Shown: in pieces, positions 51,561 through 64,000 of the stretch | Position numbering within the stretch: the first letter of the stretch is position 1 | How the letters are laid out: each line of letters begins with the position of its first letter | Source: Callorhinchus milii | Lineage: Eukaryota | Length of the DNA stretch: 64,000 nucleotides | Reading direction: 5' to 3' | NCBI RefSeq assembly: GCF_018977255.1 | Contig: NW_024704743.1 | Location: 115,508,001-115,572,000 of the forward strand | Notes under the pieces: model-generated | What the model was told of the DNA's origin: nothing | Databases searched by the model: none | What the model saw: only the letters and a program-made list of their open reading frames with translations | Translations under genes and position numbers: made by a program

Positions 51561-53166
51561 AATAAAAGGCACGATATCCAATTCAAGGATTATTATTTTT
51601 GCAGATATTGAATTGTTGATTATGGCAATTGTGCAGTACACAGTGAAAGATTTTTAAAAGCAAAATTTAAACTCTTATTATCTTGGTTCAAGTTTTTGCT
51701 CCCAGTTCAATTGCTTTCAGATTCACCAGACTACTGCTTCACAAGTTCTGTATGAAGAGCATAAAAATTACTGTAGTATTGTAAATTGCCAGCGTTACTA
51801 AGAATAGAAAATTGTTGTAGCGAAGCATCAATATGTACAGGCAGCCTGTGCTGCAATCAGACAATGACAAAAAGTTAGGAATCTCTGCCCAAATGTCCAG
51901 AAGCGAGATTTCAAAGGATATGCGCTGACATACAACTGCTTTCCAACTTAGTTTTCCTTATATTGTGTTTGTACACTTAGTTATTAACACAATATGAATA
52001 TTCAGCATTTAAAGTGTGGAGTTCTGTTGCTGGCTTCACCAACCATGGATCAATTTTCTATAATTCATATCAATTGTATCTGGAACGTTGCCAGTTGTCA
52101 CAGTTTTTTTAAGTCTTTCACAATGTATCACCAGATGGTTCTGAAATGTGTCTTTGCAGCCTGTGGATAAAATGTTCAGCATTAGTCTGACTCAGTGTTC
52201 CTCAGATGTCAGATGTCAAAGCTTTCTTCCATTTTAAGTGGATCTGTCCCCATGGCCATTGAAAGTGCATATGTTCTAACATTTGGTGAGCAGCAGGCCA
52301 TTTAATCATACCTTGTGCATACGAGTCCCACTTTCCTCAGGGTTTTCAAAAGAAACAGAACAGAGAGAGTTGACAGTTTTTAGTGATCATCAAATAATAA
52401 TAATCCTTGCATTTGATATAGAGCCTTATATCGTTCAGAATTCTCAAAGCACTACACAGAGTATATTGTAAAGTGAATTGACTTTATTAGTGATCAGAGC
52501 ACAAGTAACCCGAGAACAACAATTTACATTTATACAGTGCCATTCATGTTGGCAGGACATCCAAAGTTCTTCACCCAATTGGGGGCTTGAACCGGAAGGG
52601 AGGAGCTGAGGAGGGATGGGGGAAAGGAGGCCGAAAACTTGGTCGAAGAGTTGGGTTTTGCGGCAGGTTATAGAGGTGGAGGGGGATTGGATAATTTGGA
52701 GAAACTTCGGTACTTTACTGAAGCAGGTTGGTGTTTCCTGAGCAAAATAATTAGGGAACATGGGAAAACAGCTGAAAAGTGGAATTTATAAATTAATAGT
52801 GTGACTTTTTTTAAAAAATCATGTAGCAATGACAGATACAATGGACCGAACCCAAATGGCTTTCTCCTGTCCTGGAAATGTTGTTCTGTATTAATCCTTC
52901 ATTGCTAACTTAGTGCCGTTAGGTTTCTTCAATGAGTAAAGGCAACATTTGCATTCAAAATAATTGTGTAAAATTGAAATGGGTTTACAACAGCAGTCTC
53001 ACACCACCAGCAAAGTGGGTTGTACAGATGGGAGATTATTTCAACTGGCAGGTAATGGGATGATTGTTTGATACTTATTTGATACAATTTGTTGATGAGA
53101 ATGGATTACACTTTTTAACTAAATGAGATATTGTGCATTTATACATTTTAATTTTTGTTTAAATAG

Positions 53167-53221
53167 GAAGGATGTGGGTTTGAGGAGGTTCTTCCCCAAG
53201 AGCCTGTTGGATTCAGTAAAG
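53167..53221 (+). CDS. PTK2: PTK2 coding exon 6 (55 nt)
   Basis: aaatAG|; (E)KDVGLRRFFPKSLLDSVK; aag|GTAAGA, phase 0. Confidence 0.96.
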
Positions 53222-53821
53222 GTAAGAAAGTTTGGATTACAGCTGTGTTGCAAGATCCATTCTTGGTCACATTCATGTTTCATTTTCTTATGAAAGTTGA
53301 TAAGATTTCAGAATGAAAACAAAAATATTAGATAAAGCTCTGTCTGAGGATATGGCTACCATATCTTTAATATATATAGAGGAGGAGGATGTTTGGGTTA
53401 TTACACAGCTTTCTGGTAATATTAAACTTTATGACCAGGTGATAAGTATTAGCAAATCAAGGGAATCTGGACCAATTAAGCAAATTGTCTAATGATGTGA
53501 ATGTGAATAAATGTCGGTCCTAATGAGCATTGCAAAAAGAATTGTGAAACGTACATAATGAAAGGGTATCCTTAAACAAAGAAAAGGATTTAGACGTGAT
53601 TACTAATTGTTCGCGCAGATGTTCTCAACAAGGCTAATCGTATACTAAGTATATTTCAAGGTCATTTAATTACAAGTCTTCTATATATTTAATTCACTTA
53701 AGATTTATTTGAGAACTAAACTACATTCTGTTCTGTCTCCTTTGTCCAACAATAGTGAAAAGAGATGTGCATGTGCATCATGTGCTGATTTACCAGTTTT
53801 TGCCTATTTCCCTGAATGCTA

Positions 53822-54228
53822 TGTGTCAGTTTGTCTCAGTGGGTTGCACTCTCATCTCTGGTTGTGGGTTGAAGCCACATGTTAGCATCTTGAATTGATC
53901 ATCCAGGCTGACACGTTAAATCAATTATGGTCTAGGCTGCTTGGTGGATGTTAAAGATCCCACAGTACTGTTTGAAAAGAGGAGGAAGTTTGCCCTGGTG
54001 ACCTAACAACAACAAGATTCCATTTATAAAGCGCCTTTCACGTCAGGAGGACGTCCCAAGGCGCTAACCACCAATCCTCCAGGACAATTGGTCATTCACT
54101 TTCTGTTTGTCTGTGGGAACTTGCTGTATGTGACGTGGCTGCCATGTACAATGTTGATACAGAAATATTGTGAAACTCTGAGATATTATCGATGATATAG
54201 GCACTATAACAATCGCAAGTTATTATTA
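53822..54228 (+). mobile_element. Older SINE with an inserted L2 tail (-, 54005-54065)
   Basis: ggtggatgttaaagatcccacagtactg body; nested (CAA)n...tttcacgtcaggaggacgtcccaaggcgct. Confidence 0.78.
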
Positions 54229-54394
54229 ACACGGCTGAGTTCAGCAGTGAAAGGATTCTGGGCACAAGCCACCAGCCCCTGACATTCTGAATAGGGAAAT
54301 AAGTGATTTGTTTTTTTTAAAAAAAAGCTGAATGGAAAATATGTGGTTACAAAACTAATAGTTGCTTAAATTAAAAAAATACATTTTTTAAAAA

Positions 54395-54573
54395 TAATAA
54401 TAATTTGTTCACTCAATCCACATCTGTTTGTGGGACACGGCAGTGCGCAATTGGCTGTCGTGTTTCTCCCACAAAATATACAGTCAATTCACTTTACAGT
54501 ATATTGTGTGAAGCACTTTGACAAATCTCGAAGACATGATAAGCCACTATGTCAAATGCAAGGATTATTATTA
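54395..54573 (+). mobile_element. tRNA-Deu SINE 3' half
   Basis: Deu core and tail; loop TCGAA. Confidence 0.87.
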
Positions 54574-55414
54574 TAATTTTAAAAAGTTTGAACATAAACT
54601 TACAAAGTATGTAAAGATATCTAACAATTAAAGAAGTTTCTGCTCTCTTTATATCCAGTCTTGTTGTTCAATTGTGCTCTTTTTCCAAATTTATCATGAA
54701 CAGAGTTCCAAACACTGTCATGTACAGAGCTCCTAAAACTTTATTCTGGTTTATTTATCTATAAGATTCATTATTTAGTCATTCTGCAAATATTGGTTGA
54801 AAATGCAACTCTCCCAAGAAAAAGAACCAAACATTAGATAGACATGTAGTTTTAGATATGTAATTAAATATGTAAGTGAATAAAATAGGTTTCAATTCAC
54901 ATCACTTAAATAATGAGGGATGTTTTATTTTGACTTCAGCTTACTTAGGCTGCCTGATTTGCATTTGAACATTGTTGTTCTAAGTGGAGATTGAAACTTC
55001 AAAAGATGAGGAAAGCTGAGAGGAACCATGCGAGTGAACAATTGAGTACACACAAGAAACTGTGGGACGTTTAAACCAAACAAGTAAACTAAAAATTGTT
55101 TTTCAAAGGTATTGATTACAGATGGTATGGAAATAGTTTAATCCCTTGCTGTTGTAATGAATTTGCAGATAAATTTGTCATAGAAACTGATCTACAGTAG
55201 CAGTACCTAATGGATCGATCAGCAAAAAAGGATGTAAATGAATAAAGTACATCTTAACTTTCACTCACAATGAATGATTATGATAGATGAGTGAAATGCA
55301 ACATACTCAACAGTCACTATGAGGTTAGACCTTTCTAATGCTCTGTTCACTCTTTAGCTCCAGTCTCCAGAAACCCCAATGCATTTACATAGTACCCTTC
55401 ACTGCGGGAGGATA

Positions 55415-56130
55415 ACCCATCTGCATACATGAGGAAGTTAAGCTCATGCCTGTAGATAATATCGCCAAGCAGGAGCATGTAGATATTAAAGAGGAGAGGA
55501 CTGAGAATAGAGCCCTGAGGAATGTTGCAATTGAATTTTCAGGGGCGGGAGGAGAAGCCTTTGACACGTACAAAGTGGAGATGTCGGGATAGGTAAGAAT
55601 GAAACCAGTAAAGGACAGAACCAGTAAGGTGGAGCTGAGAGGGAGGGCAGTGGAGAAGGATAAACTGGTCAACAGCTTGCACTGAGTTTTCTCTTGCATT
55701 AAGTTCGACACACTCATTACGCCCATCTTTGCCAAGCTTTATCAGCTACCAGGATCTTAGCAAATCAACTTATTAAGATCCTTGCCCTCGTTTTCAAATT
55801 TCTCCGCAGTCTTGTTCTCTTCTTATATAATATCCTCCAGCGTATTCTCTGCCAGCCTATTCCATTTGTACCATGCACTCTGATTCTCCTATATTGTTCA
55901 CACCACAGTCCTTTTCGTTCCCCTTTCAGCAGCCAGGCATTTTGTCACCAAGCTTCTGTATTCTTCTAAAATGACTGTCCTGCTTACTTTCTTCCCCTGT
56001 TTTAAACCCTTTAGAACGCATCCATTTAACCCTGCCTTTGGTCAACACCTTCAAATTTCCCTGCTTGGTTCTGCTTACTACTATCTATCAAATGGTTTAA
56101 GATGTTCTTTTAAATGAAAGATGCTGTGCA
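55415..56130. mobile_element. Old L2 with an inverted 5' part (RT on -, 55415-55675; 3' end on +, 55685-56130)
   Basis: Minus strand: VDQFILL...PQGSILSPLLFNIYMLLLGDII...MYAD. Plus strand: ITPI...KILALVFK...degenerate tail. Confidence 0.7.
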
Positions 56131-57834
56131 AGTTGCCGATCCCATTTTTAAATGTGAATACTTGATGTACTATAAATTATAGGGTCTGTCTTCACACATC
56201 ACCTTGGGCAAGAATAGGTTTAGAATACCTTTAATCACAGCTTTGCAGATTGTGGATTGTCTGTTTACTTGGTGACAGGTGTTTAACGACACATTCATTA
56301 TCAACTGTAATGGAAGTTTGGGGGCATAAAATTAAAGCGCAGCAAATCGGAATGGCATGCTGAGTTATTGACTCTTCTGAAACAAGCTGTGAAAGTAAGC
56401 CACAGACAGATTTATTTTTGCCCCTGATAGGTTTTCAATACAATTTGATTGATTTGTGTTTTTCATAGCACTCAGCAGATGATACAATGAGAAAAGTTTC
56501 CAGATTTAAATGTGTATTAGTTTGAAGTTTTTCTTGACAATGTATGTATGATCAGTATGCTTCCTGAGATTGTGAAGCACCGGTAAGTTTTACCATACCT
56601 TTCCAGTTAGGACCATGCTACTGGTTAGGCTGTGGGTTGCATGGTTGAGGAAGTGTCTCCATTTCTCATTGATGAGGCTGGTTAATTAACAATCTTTTAA
56701 GTTACTGTGGTTCTGCTTGGACAAAATAATACAAATGACATGGAAATGTGTCACACAATGAAATGATATTAAAAATAACCCCCAATTTTGGATTTACTTT
56801 ATGTGCAGTGTTATTTGGTAATCATTTTTAATAGTTACATAATTGTCACAATTTGCAATAAATTATAGGATGGTTATTGTTGAATTCCCATGTCTGGTCT
56901 GTTGACCTGCTTGCCCTGAGTTATAGCACTGATTTGCAACAACTTGGGATAAAGAATGGAGGTCAGCTGTGTGCATATTATATTTCAGTATCAAATTTGA
57001 GAACTGCTGCAAAGACTTAAAATGAATGGTAAGAGTAATGTGTTTTTTTATTTGAAAAGAATGCTTGTTTAGCTCCTAGATGTATGTGAATAAAGTCTAA
57101 TTACAGGGTTTATTGCAGGTTTATTGTAATGGCCAATTTTCAGCCAAGATCATGTCATGAAAGACTAAAATCATTTGAATTGAAATAATTTTAGTGCAAT
57201 GAGGTAAGTACAAATGGAATGGAAATAGGCAGGCAAGTTGTAGGCAAATTTTCACTCACCTGCAAAGTATTGATAGCTAACAGAGTTTCATTATGATTGT
57301 ATAATCAGGAGGGTATAACAGATGATGTTCAGAATATATATTAGATTTGCTCCATCCTTGCTGTGAACCTTTTGAATCATTTGAATAGTTTCAGATAACA
57401 ATGAAGAATAAATGTTCTTTGTGAGCCCAGCATTGGATTTTTTTTCCCCAATCCGTAATAATTCATTTTAGGATTTTAAATCAGACTTTCCCTTCTCCCC
57501 CACATTTTCATGTAAATCTCAAGCATTGTGCAAACTAAAATTCAGCCGGATAATCCCAATGTCATAAGAGTAAGATAAGTGGTAGGGCACAAGCTAAGTT
57601 ATAATACTATTCTGTTTTGAACAATCAAGTACTTTGCAGATAAACATAAAAGGATTGTTTCATGTCAATACTACAATGAATTCAGAAACATACATGTACA
57701 GTGTGGTTTGTAGGTGCAGTATTTGTGATTGTAACAGTCAAAATTGTTTTTTACAATAATTATTTTCTTCAGAAAAGACATTCATTGAAGAAAAATGAAA
57801 TTATTGCTGCTCTTGTCAATCGGTTATAACTACA

Positions 57835-58155
57835 TCCTGTAGCTCAGTAGCTCAGTGGTTAGAGCACTCGCTTTGCAAGCGAGAGACCTGAGTTCAATTC
57901 CAGGCAGAGAGCGAAACCTTGGGCAAGTTTCCTTACTCCACACAGAGCCTAATAATAATCCCTCCAAAAACAATAATAAAATTGGTCATTTTCAATCTAC
58001 GACTGTTTGTGGGACATTGCTGTGCGCAATTGGCTGCCGCGTTCGCCCACAAATATACAGTCAATTCACTTTACAGTGTGTTCTGTGAAGCGCTTTGGGA
58101 CGTCCACCCGACGTGAAAAGCGCTATATCAAATGCAAGGATTATTATTATTATTA
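57835..58155 (+). mobile_element. Near full-length tRNA-Deu SINE
   Basis: Consensus architecture; loop CACCC; small gtagctca duplication in the head. Confidence 0.93.
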
Positions 58156-59719
58156 TCCACAACTAAATGGAACTGCAAAATCTAATGATTTTTCTGAGAC
58201 TTCTATCAAATGGTTCACCTTTTGAGGACCAAAGTTATTCAGGAAAAAAAACTTTTTAAAACATTTTTTGACAAGACACTTACGGAATACAACAAAGTAA
58301 TTCTTGCTTGTCTTAGCCGATCAACAGTAACATACATTTAGACAACTTAGTTCGCTAAGACATCGCATTACAGAACAAGATTAATCCAAAATGAAGTGGA
58401 TGTCCTGTAAGCGATTGTAACAGCTAATTTTGTGCCCTGCACCTTTCCACAAATGATAATGAGATATTTAGCCAAATAGTTAGAATATTTGGGGGTGAAT
58501 TTGAATGAGGAGGAAATACAAGACAGGGTAACTGAGTTTAAAAAAAACTTTCTTGAAATCAATTGGGAGAAGTTTATCTTAAAGTCCACCTGTATCAGAC
58601 AGGTGGGACCTAAATTAAGGGATTGATCAAAAAGGATGAAGATCATGAAATAAATACTGTCAATTAATAAGCTTGTATTTAATATAGAATGTTATGTAGG
58701 CAAATGTGGCAGCTAATCTCCAAAAACTCCATCCCACAGAGCTGATTAAATACGAAGTTACATAAAGTTGCACAAGAGAAATGGTGTCAGATGTATGGCT
58801 TACATTTATACTTTGCCCGTGTCTGCCACAATGAGTTTCATCAGTTTTCAAACAGGATATTAAATGAGGGACTTTGACCTCTGGGAATACACTGGAAAAC
58901 GTATATTTAGTGAACATATGTTCTATATTTGCAGTGAACATATGTTCTGTCGCCTGAGAAGTGCAGAGTTGCAGCTTGAAAAGATGATCAGGTGTTTTCC
59001 TCTTATCCATTCTGGATAGTGATTAAGATTTTCACCCTTAATTATTACTATGCATTGAAGTTTTGTAGCCTTTTGAAATTCTCACAAGGTAGATTTCTTA
59101 TCTCTCTCGCTCACTCCTCCTCCTACCCCCTCCTCCCAAAAAGCATGCTTTAACACTTTTGAATAATATTGTGGATAGTTGCCAAAAGTCTAGACAGATG
59201 CACTTGGATCCATTTACATTCATTTTAGTGCAACTGGTGCTTGAGAGAGTAAATCGAGTTTCAGAAAGTGCAATGTTTTTTATAGAATGTTTTGAAAATA
59301 AAGCACTTTGGATAATTAAAAGGCTACCTTCAGTGTATAAAACACAAAGCTGATTAATTTTTTTAAAAATCTAGATGAAGTAAAATATAATCTCGTAATT
59401 AGTTTAAGCAGTTCAAAGTTGAGGTAGCCTCTGGTAGAGCAGATTGAGCTTCAGTTTATGGACGAGGAATTCATTGATTTGAAACCTGATCAGTTTGTTG
59501 GTCTAGCCGGGCCTTCATAGAAAGGCTAAAATTGCTCCAGCCTTCTCAAAGTTCAGAGGAGTAAAACAGCTGCTTTCATAGTGCAATCCCTCTTTGGTAC
59601 CCTCTGCTGGTGGTGCTTGGGTGTAAGGGCAATCAGTGGAACTGCCAAAGGGTTGGCCAATGGTGAGAATATTAGAAACATAACTGAACAAACGAATATT
59701 TATATAAATAAAAGTTCAT

Positions 59720-59920
59720 GATTGATGGAAATGTGAAATGCAGACTCCTAGAAGGCTGTAAATGCTGAATTGATTGTGGGTTTAAGAGGGAGTTAGATGG
59801 GCACTTCACAAGTAAGGGTTATAAAGAAAAGGCAGGGAAATGGGTTTAAAGATAAAGGGACTGCCATCGGCTAATAAAATGGCAGAGCAGGCCTTCTGAA
59901 AGTATTCTTATTCTTATGGA
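59720..59920 (+). mobile_element. Degenerate CR1 3' end
   Basis: gaaggctgtaaatgctg...tttaagaggggagttagat...aatggcagagcaggc...ttcttattcttatg. Confidence 0.55.
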
Positions 59921-61488
59921 GACAGTTATTCAACATCGGTGGAAGGCCCATTCGGTGAGACTGGGAGGAATCCCAAGACATCACCCTTGTAGTTCAGAAT
60001 AATTAACCAATTTAACTGTTGCAAAGAAGATGCCGAAGATTCTGAGGGCTGTAAGGTGCTCCAACCAAGGAATATACAGTGCAGGAGGTCAGGTCCACTA
60101 ATCTGTTAGTAGACAGATTAAACTCAGAAGGTAAGGAAAAGGAAGGAATATAAACAAAGAACCTGTAAAGCCTGCCCCAAAATTATTAAACCAAGGTCCG
60201 CCTTAGGACAAAGCATAGAACTTCCTGAAGCAAAAGAACTGATAAAGCTACACACACTGGACCGCATGCTGAGCACGTTCATACCATGTCTAGGGGCTTC
60301 TATTTGATTTGCACATGCACTTTTTAGCAGGAACAGTGGATAGCGGTGGGTGGGTATTATGGTCAGTTTCTCCTTCCCGAACCCAGTTCTGCTGATATCA
60401 GTTGAAGTTTCTTTACTGAAACCAGCTAAACATGCATAGATTATGGATCGGACTTTCTTGTTGAACTGTAGTAGATTTGGGAAAATTAAAATTAAAACTT
60501 CAAATATTCTTTACTTTAGATAATTTACAGTAAAGTATATGAAGGTTCCAGCTGGTGCTATATTCAATCACAGGATATCCTTTGCATAATGAGCCTTGTT
60601 TTTGTAATGACTGATGGTTTAAATGAGATAACTCCCTACCCCTGTCCCTGATGGCTCAGTTGGTAAAGGATATCCTGTGATAGAATATCATATGAGTAAC
60701 AATGCTCCATGTTGCGTCTTTGCCCATAGTTGCATAGACTGGATTTTGATGTTTTTATTTCTACTATTTAAGAATAGATTTCATTCCATTTTTTTTTCTG
60801 GAGTGCAGTTTTGAACTTCTCTTAGTGTTCCACTATCTCTTTATAGCACAACAGTAGCTCAGCTACTGAGCTGAGGAAAAGTTTAAAAATGCCCTTCTAT
60901 CAATTGAGCAAAGGAAAGATTTTGTATAGATTGTAAGGTTTGCTCTCAAGCTGTGTGCATGTTGTCACTCATTTTGAACTTGACAATTCTCTTACCTTGA
61001 AACACAGGCCTGAAGCTTCTGAGAAGATGTTCACCATTCTTAAAATGCTGTGTTTTAGGTGAACAGCGGTCTTAAAACATTGATTTGTTTACTTTCAGTG
61101 TGAAATGCATTGTTCCATTGAATATGGTCTCGAATGTCGGCTTGTTTCAAGCTTGCAAGTGCTGATCTCTGCAAAGATGGGGATTTGTTTTTCTCGTTCA
61201 ATACCAATGCATGTGTTGATCAAAAGTAGTGATCCATTGGTTCCAATCTGATGCATTACATGAAAATTCTAATGCCTTCTGCAAGACAGGTACTGGCACT
61301 GTTCACTGCCTTCTACCATTTCAACAATCGGCAGATGCACTCCTTTACACATTAACTTTTTGAAAAAGGAAAAACAATTCTGTGACCTGCCACATTTTCG
61401 AGTTGGAGGTTTGTGGGGAAGAGATGGAAAACGAGCTGTTCTTTATTTCCCCAAATAAAAATCTGACAATCTCTCATTTCTGTTTTAG

Positions 61489-61629
61489 GCCAAAACACTA
61501 AGGAAGTTGATACAGCAGACGTTTCGTCAGTTTGCCAATTTGAATGAAGAGCAAAGTATTCTGAAGTTCTTTGAGATTCTTTCTCCAGTTTACCGATTCG
61601 ACAAAGAGTGCTTCAAATGTGCCCTTGGG
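61489..61629 (+). CDS. PTK2: PTK2 coding exon 7 (141 nt); gene continues past the window
   Basis: gttttAG|; [47 protein letters not shown]; ggg|GTAAGG. Completes the KAKTLRK basic patch across the exon 6/7 junction. Confidence 0.97.
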
Positions 61630-62874
61630 GTAAGGTTTCAGGTTGACGTATCAAAAATAATGATAATCTGCTTGCAGTTTTTCTTTGAACATTTCTTCTG
61701 TGTCCTTTGATCTCGTGCTAGTTGTGTTGAATCATTTTAAGAACGTAAAATAAAATAGTGGTCAATGCTCGTTTTGCTCTGAAAAGCAGTTTCATTGTGT
61801 ATATTTATATAATGAGAGTTACGTTTTTCTTCCACAGTGTTTCTTTTTAATGTTTTGAAGTGAAAAATGCTCTCCTTTCACCCAAGAAAGAAAAAAGGGT
61901 GATTGATTATGCTGCTTGGAAATGGAGGACTGCTCTAAACCTGATTTGAGTGTAGATGTCATGATTGAGCAAATCGTGGGTGTGAGATTTCGTGGCAGGT
62001 CGTGTCAAAAACACAGACGGGGTGTAATAAGCATGCGGCATCTGTCACACATAATGGCTTTCCTTTTGAGATCACTTTCTATTGCGGCTGAAACGTCTGT
62101 ACTGAATCATTTATTTTCTTAAGTTATTGTGTTAAAATCACTCAGTCACAACTAGTAAGTGGACGAAACATTTCAGCTGCCCACTTGTCAGAAACTAATA
62201 CAGGTCTCTCCCAGTATGGCAGCCTTGGCTGGTCAGGGTTCAGGTTTATCATCTATTCATGACTGACATCTGTGTCAATTATCTAAAATATATTGGCGCT
62301 CAGTCTGGTACACCAATTTTAGCACTCTATTTTTTGTCTTTTTCCCCACCCCCGCACACACACACTTTTAGATATGGCAACTTGAAAAATAAAGATGATT
62401 TCTATTTGTTAACAATTTACGTTTATATAGAGGCTTTCATTTAAAATGCCTGTAAGCACTTTACAGAATGAGATTAATTTGAATTGGATGCTGTTACAAA
62501 GTATGAATTGATTTTGGAAATGCAAAACTATGCATCAGGAACTCCTACGAGAAGTAAAGAGAACATACAGTCAGATTTAGGGCTATTTTGGGAGAACCAA
62601 GGTCTCCCAAGGTTAATTATTTTTTGATAAGCCAGTAGTCGGTGAACGGGGATCTGAGAAAAGACAAGATGTTGATTGGAAGAGGGCTGTAGAAAGTGAG
62701 CACAGAACGGAAATGTATCTGTTTTATTCTTTAAATATTCAAGTTAATTTTAACTGAGTCTTTTCTCACCTTCGCTGATCTATCTCGAATGCCCCTTCCA
62801 ACCTTAATTCTGATTTAACAGACGAGGAGGATTTCTCTGTGTTTAAAATCAAAGCCATCCACTCAGCTGCCTCA

Positions 62875-63350
62875 TGCCCTGGGCCAATAGAAAAGTGCAG
62901 AAATATTTGCTTTAAAATTGCGGGGCGATTTGAAATTTGCAGGCGGGGTGACTGGTGCTATTGAGGTACATTTTACTGCCAACCTACATTTTTTTCACTA
63001 TATTGATAAAAACTAAATTGGGCAGCCCATTTTTTTTGGGTGTGAGAGGGGGAGCGACACCAACCAGCAAGGCTACAGGAGCTCACCACCTCTTACCTGT
63101 CAGGGCCGGCACCGCCTAGAGACCCAGAGAGAGAGAGAGAGAGACACACACACACAGAGAGAGAGAGACACTCATAGACACAGAAACTCCGAAGCACACA
63201 CGTATAGAAGAGACACACGCAGACACACTCACAAACATACAGAGGAGAGAGACATACTCACATAGATGCTCACAAACACATAAAAGAGAGGGACACACAC
63301 ACACAGACAGCTACCAACAGCTCCCTCCTTCCCCCCCCTCCCCCCGCGTG
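62875..63350. repeat. Family C repeat, second copy, with CA/GA tract (63120-63310)
   Basis: Colinear with 35490-36330. Confidence 0.8.
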
Positions 63351-64000
63351 TTTTCTCTCTCCATTCCTCACTGCTTTTCTGACAGTCCTCAATCATTAGC
63401 TCCACCTCGTCTGCCATTTGTTGTTTTTCTTATCTCTCTAATCTTTCATCAAAGTAATTTCTTGCATTTCTAAAGGTCAGTACCCCATCTTGACTATTAT
63501 CCACTCTGTTTACATACATAAACAATGTCAGTCTGATATTTCCACACCTTGAAAAGGTCATTGTTATATATGTCATGACAAAAGATCAAACACATTAAAA
63601 TATCAGGAGTGATGCTTTCATCCTCTTAAAATGCTCCCTACAGACTCTCTAAATTATTCCCACCATCCTTCAGTAAAGCAGCTTTTGACTCCCCACCTAC
63701 CCCTTTGTGGCTCCACATTAGTAAATGTTAGCTCCCTACGCTCATGAAGTGAAGAAATGCCAAAGGAGTATTACCATCATGGGCGAGTTTATTTTTTCAC
63801 ATTAAAATGAAAGGCTCTTCATGTTTATCCTTCAGTTTTATATTATCTCATAATCGACCACAAATGTTAAAATGATAAGTGTAGTAGAAATGCCATCATC
63901 TTTCTGAAAGCTTATGTTTCTTCCTTGAGGCGGAGGGAGGTAAGTACTGTATTGGAACTGAGTGGCTGCAAAGTGACATTTTTGGCAACAGAATATCAGA

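Noticed and set aside
1..64000. CRISPR array, operon, prokaryotic defence system, snoRNA or second host gene
   Set aside because: No regularly spaced repeats, no gene-dense ORFs and no convincing box C/D or H/ACA structure seen. The window is explained by one spliced gene plus retroposons.

Overview
Eukaryotic (vertebrate) genomic DNA, AT-rich and almost entirely intronic. It contains seven coding exons on the + strand (783 nt, 261 codons, all GT-AG, phases compatible) of PTK2/FAK (focal adhesion kinase 1), covering the N-terminus and the F1-F2 lobes of the FERM domain. The gene continues beyond the right edge. The introns are dense in retroposons: a young tRNA-headed, Deu-type SINE with an L2-derived tail (at least three subfamilies), an older tRNA/Deu SINE, several L2 families, CR1 fragments and unclassified repeats. 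This repeat spectrum suggests a cartilaginous fish (inference). Nearly all ORFs in the supplied track are repeat-derived or spurious. I found no evidence of a new multi-gene system. The most notable observations are a SINE tail-loop variant that matches the local L2 hairpin, ultra-short L2 tail insertions, several local inverted or templated duplications, a twin-priming-like inverted L2, an LF-SINE-like repeat, and a conserved in-frame extension upstream of the FAK start codon. Exon coordinates were read from the splice signals; repeat boundaries are approximate (tens of bp). Comparisons with human FAK and with repeat consensuses are from memory, not from searches.
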